Positions 19,205 to 20,000 of a stretch of 20,000 nt of DNA are shown here, in pieces. The notes beneath the pieces were generated by a model. The model was not told the origin of the DNA and did not search any database. It saw only the letters and a program-made list of their open reading frames with translations. How positions within the stretch are numbered: the stretch's first letter is position 1; each line of letters starts with the position of its first letter. Position numbers and translations under genes: made by a program. This stretch comes from Atractiella rhizophila (taxonomy: Eukaryota): NCBI GenBank assembly GCA_021432655.1, contig MU271349.1, forward strand, positions 65,326 through 85,325, written 5' to 3'.

Positions 19205-20000
19205 GATATCACCACTCACAGCAAGGAACGATCAACGACATTCCCGTGGAATACATATGGAGCACATCTTTCAGGACGATGAATCATTTTCCAATCATCT
19301 CGTGCAGGGCTCAGAGGAGAACTTGATACATGTAACCAGCGAGGAAACTCAAAAGCGGAAGAGGAATAGGTAGGTAAAAATTACCTTGTAATAGTATTGT
19401 CAGGCCGAAATCTCGAACTTGATGGTATCTCTTTAGACAGGTTCTTAGCTGGCAAGTCGTTTCCCCTGCTGCTTGCAGTGCGACATTGCTAACAATTTGC
19501 TATTGAGCAATAGCACTGTGAGTTTATTATTATTAGAATGGTCATAGAGGGTGAACATGGTGACTGATTGTGAATGATAGGAATGCAAGCGGTTCGTATT
19601 TCCACTCTGCTTTTTGGTAGAATATGCTCATGCCTTCTTACTCCTCAGACGGAAAATAAAGGTAAGCTCATCTATCACATTTTCTTGCATTCATAGCTCA
19701 TTCTTTCGATCCAGTGCGACCGTGAGTCTTCAAATTTTGACGCTGCCGATAGTGCTAAAATGTTCTCGCTACCAGGCAAACTGCCCTGTACCGCTTGCAT
19801 TAGTCCGCCCTTTCTTCTCGATTCACTGCCTCCCTTTCATGAGATCTTTAGAGAGAGGAGAAAATGAAAAATGCCATTGGGAGGTTTGTTACTCCGCTCC
19901 TTTGCCCCTGCGCGCTCATGTATCAAGTCCTTAGGAAACGAAGAAGGTATGGCACCCCACAGCAGTTCGAGATTTGATTGTGGCTCATGCAAACTCCGCA

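Noticed and set aside
19310..19346. GAACTTGAT...CCAGCGAGGA resembles the 3' half of a fungal TPP riboswitch
   Set aside because: No CTGAGA motif upstream, the P5 stem (CTGG/CCAG) cannot form, and no thiamine gene is adjacent; probably chance.

Overview
Gene-dense, intron-rich fungal DNA, most likely basidiomycete (mostly ~45-100 nt introns, CTRAY branch sites). In order: a divergent ribosomal protein pair (RPS9 on -, RPL21 on +), cysteine desulfurase NFS1, an HSL-family alpha/beta hydrolase, a CpG-poor spacer, a 160-aa small secreted protein, a possible unresolved gene, a ~25-exon full-size ABCG transporter, mitochondrial ribosomal protein mL41/MRPL27 (-) head-to-head with an acyl-protein thioesterase (+), and a 958-bp non-autonomous Mutator-like foldback element (~330-bp TIRs, exact 9-bp TSD). 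The most notable anomalies: (1) a single in-frame TAG in NBD2 of the otherwise intact ABCG gene, where an aromatic residue is expected and inside a predicted hairpin bulge; (2) a single +1 frame break at TTT-CCC-G in the otherwise intact thioesterase; (3) a 664-nt intron with a perfect 69-bp tandem duplication and a long hairpin; (4) a start codon split by an intron in RPL21 and a stop-only last exon in RPS9. Gene models were spliced by eye. Lesions (1) and (2) may be assembly errors, true null alleles or recoding events, and sequence alone cannot tell these apart.
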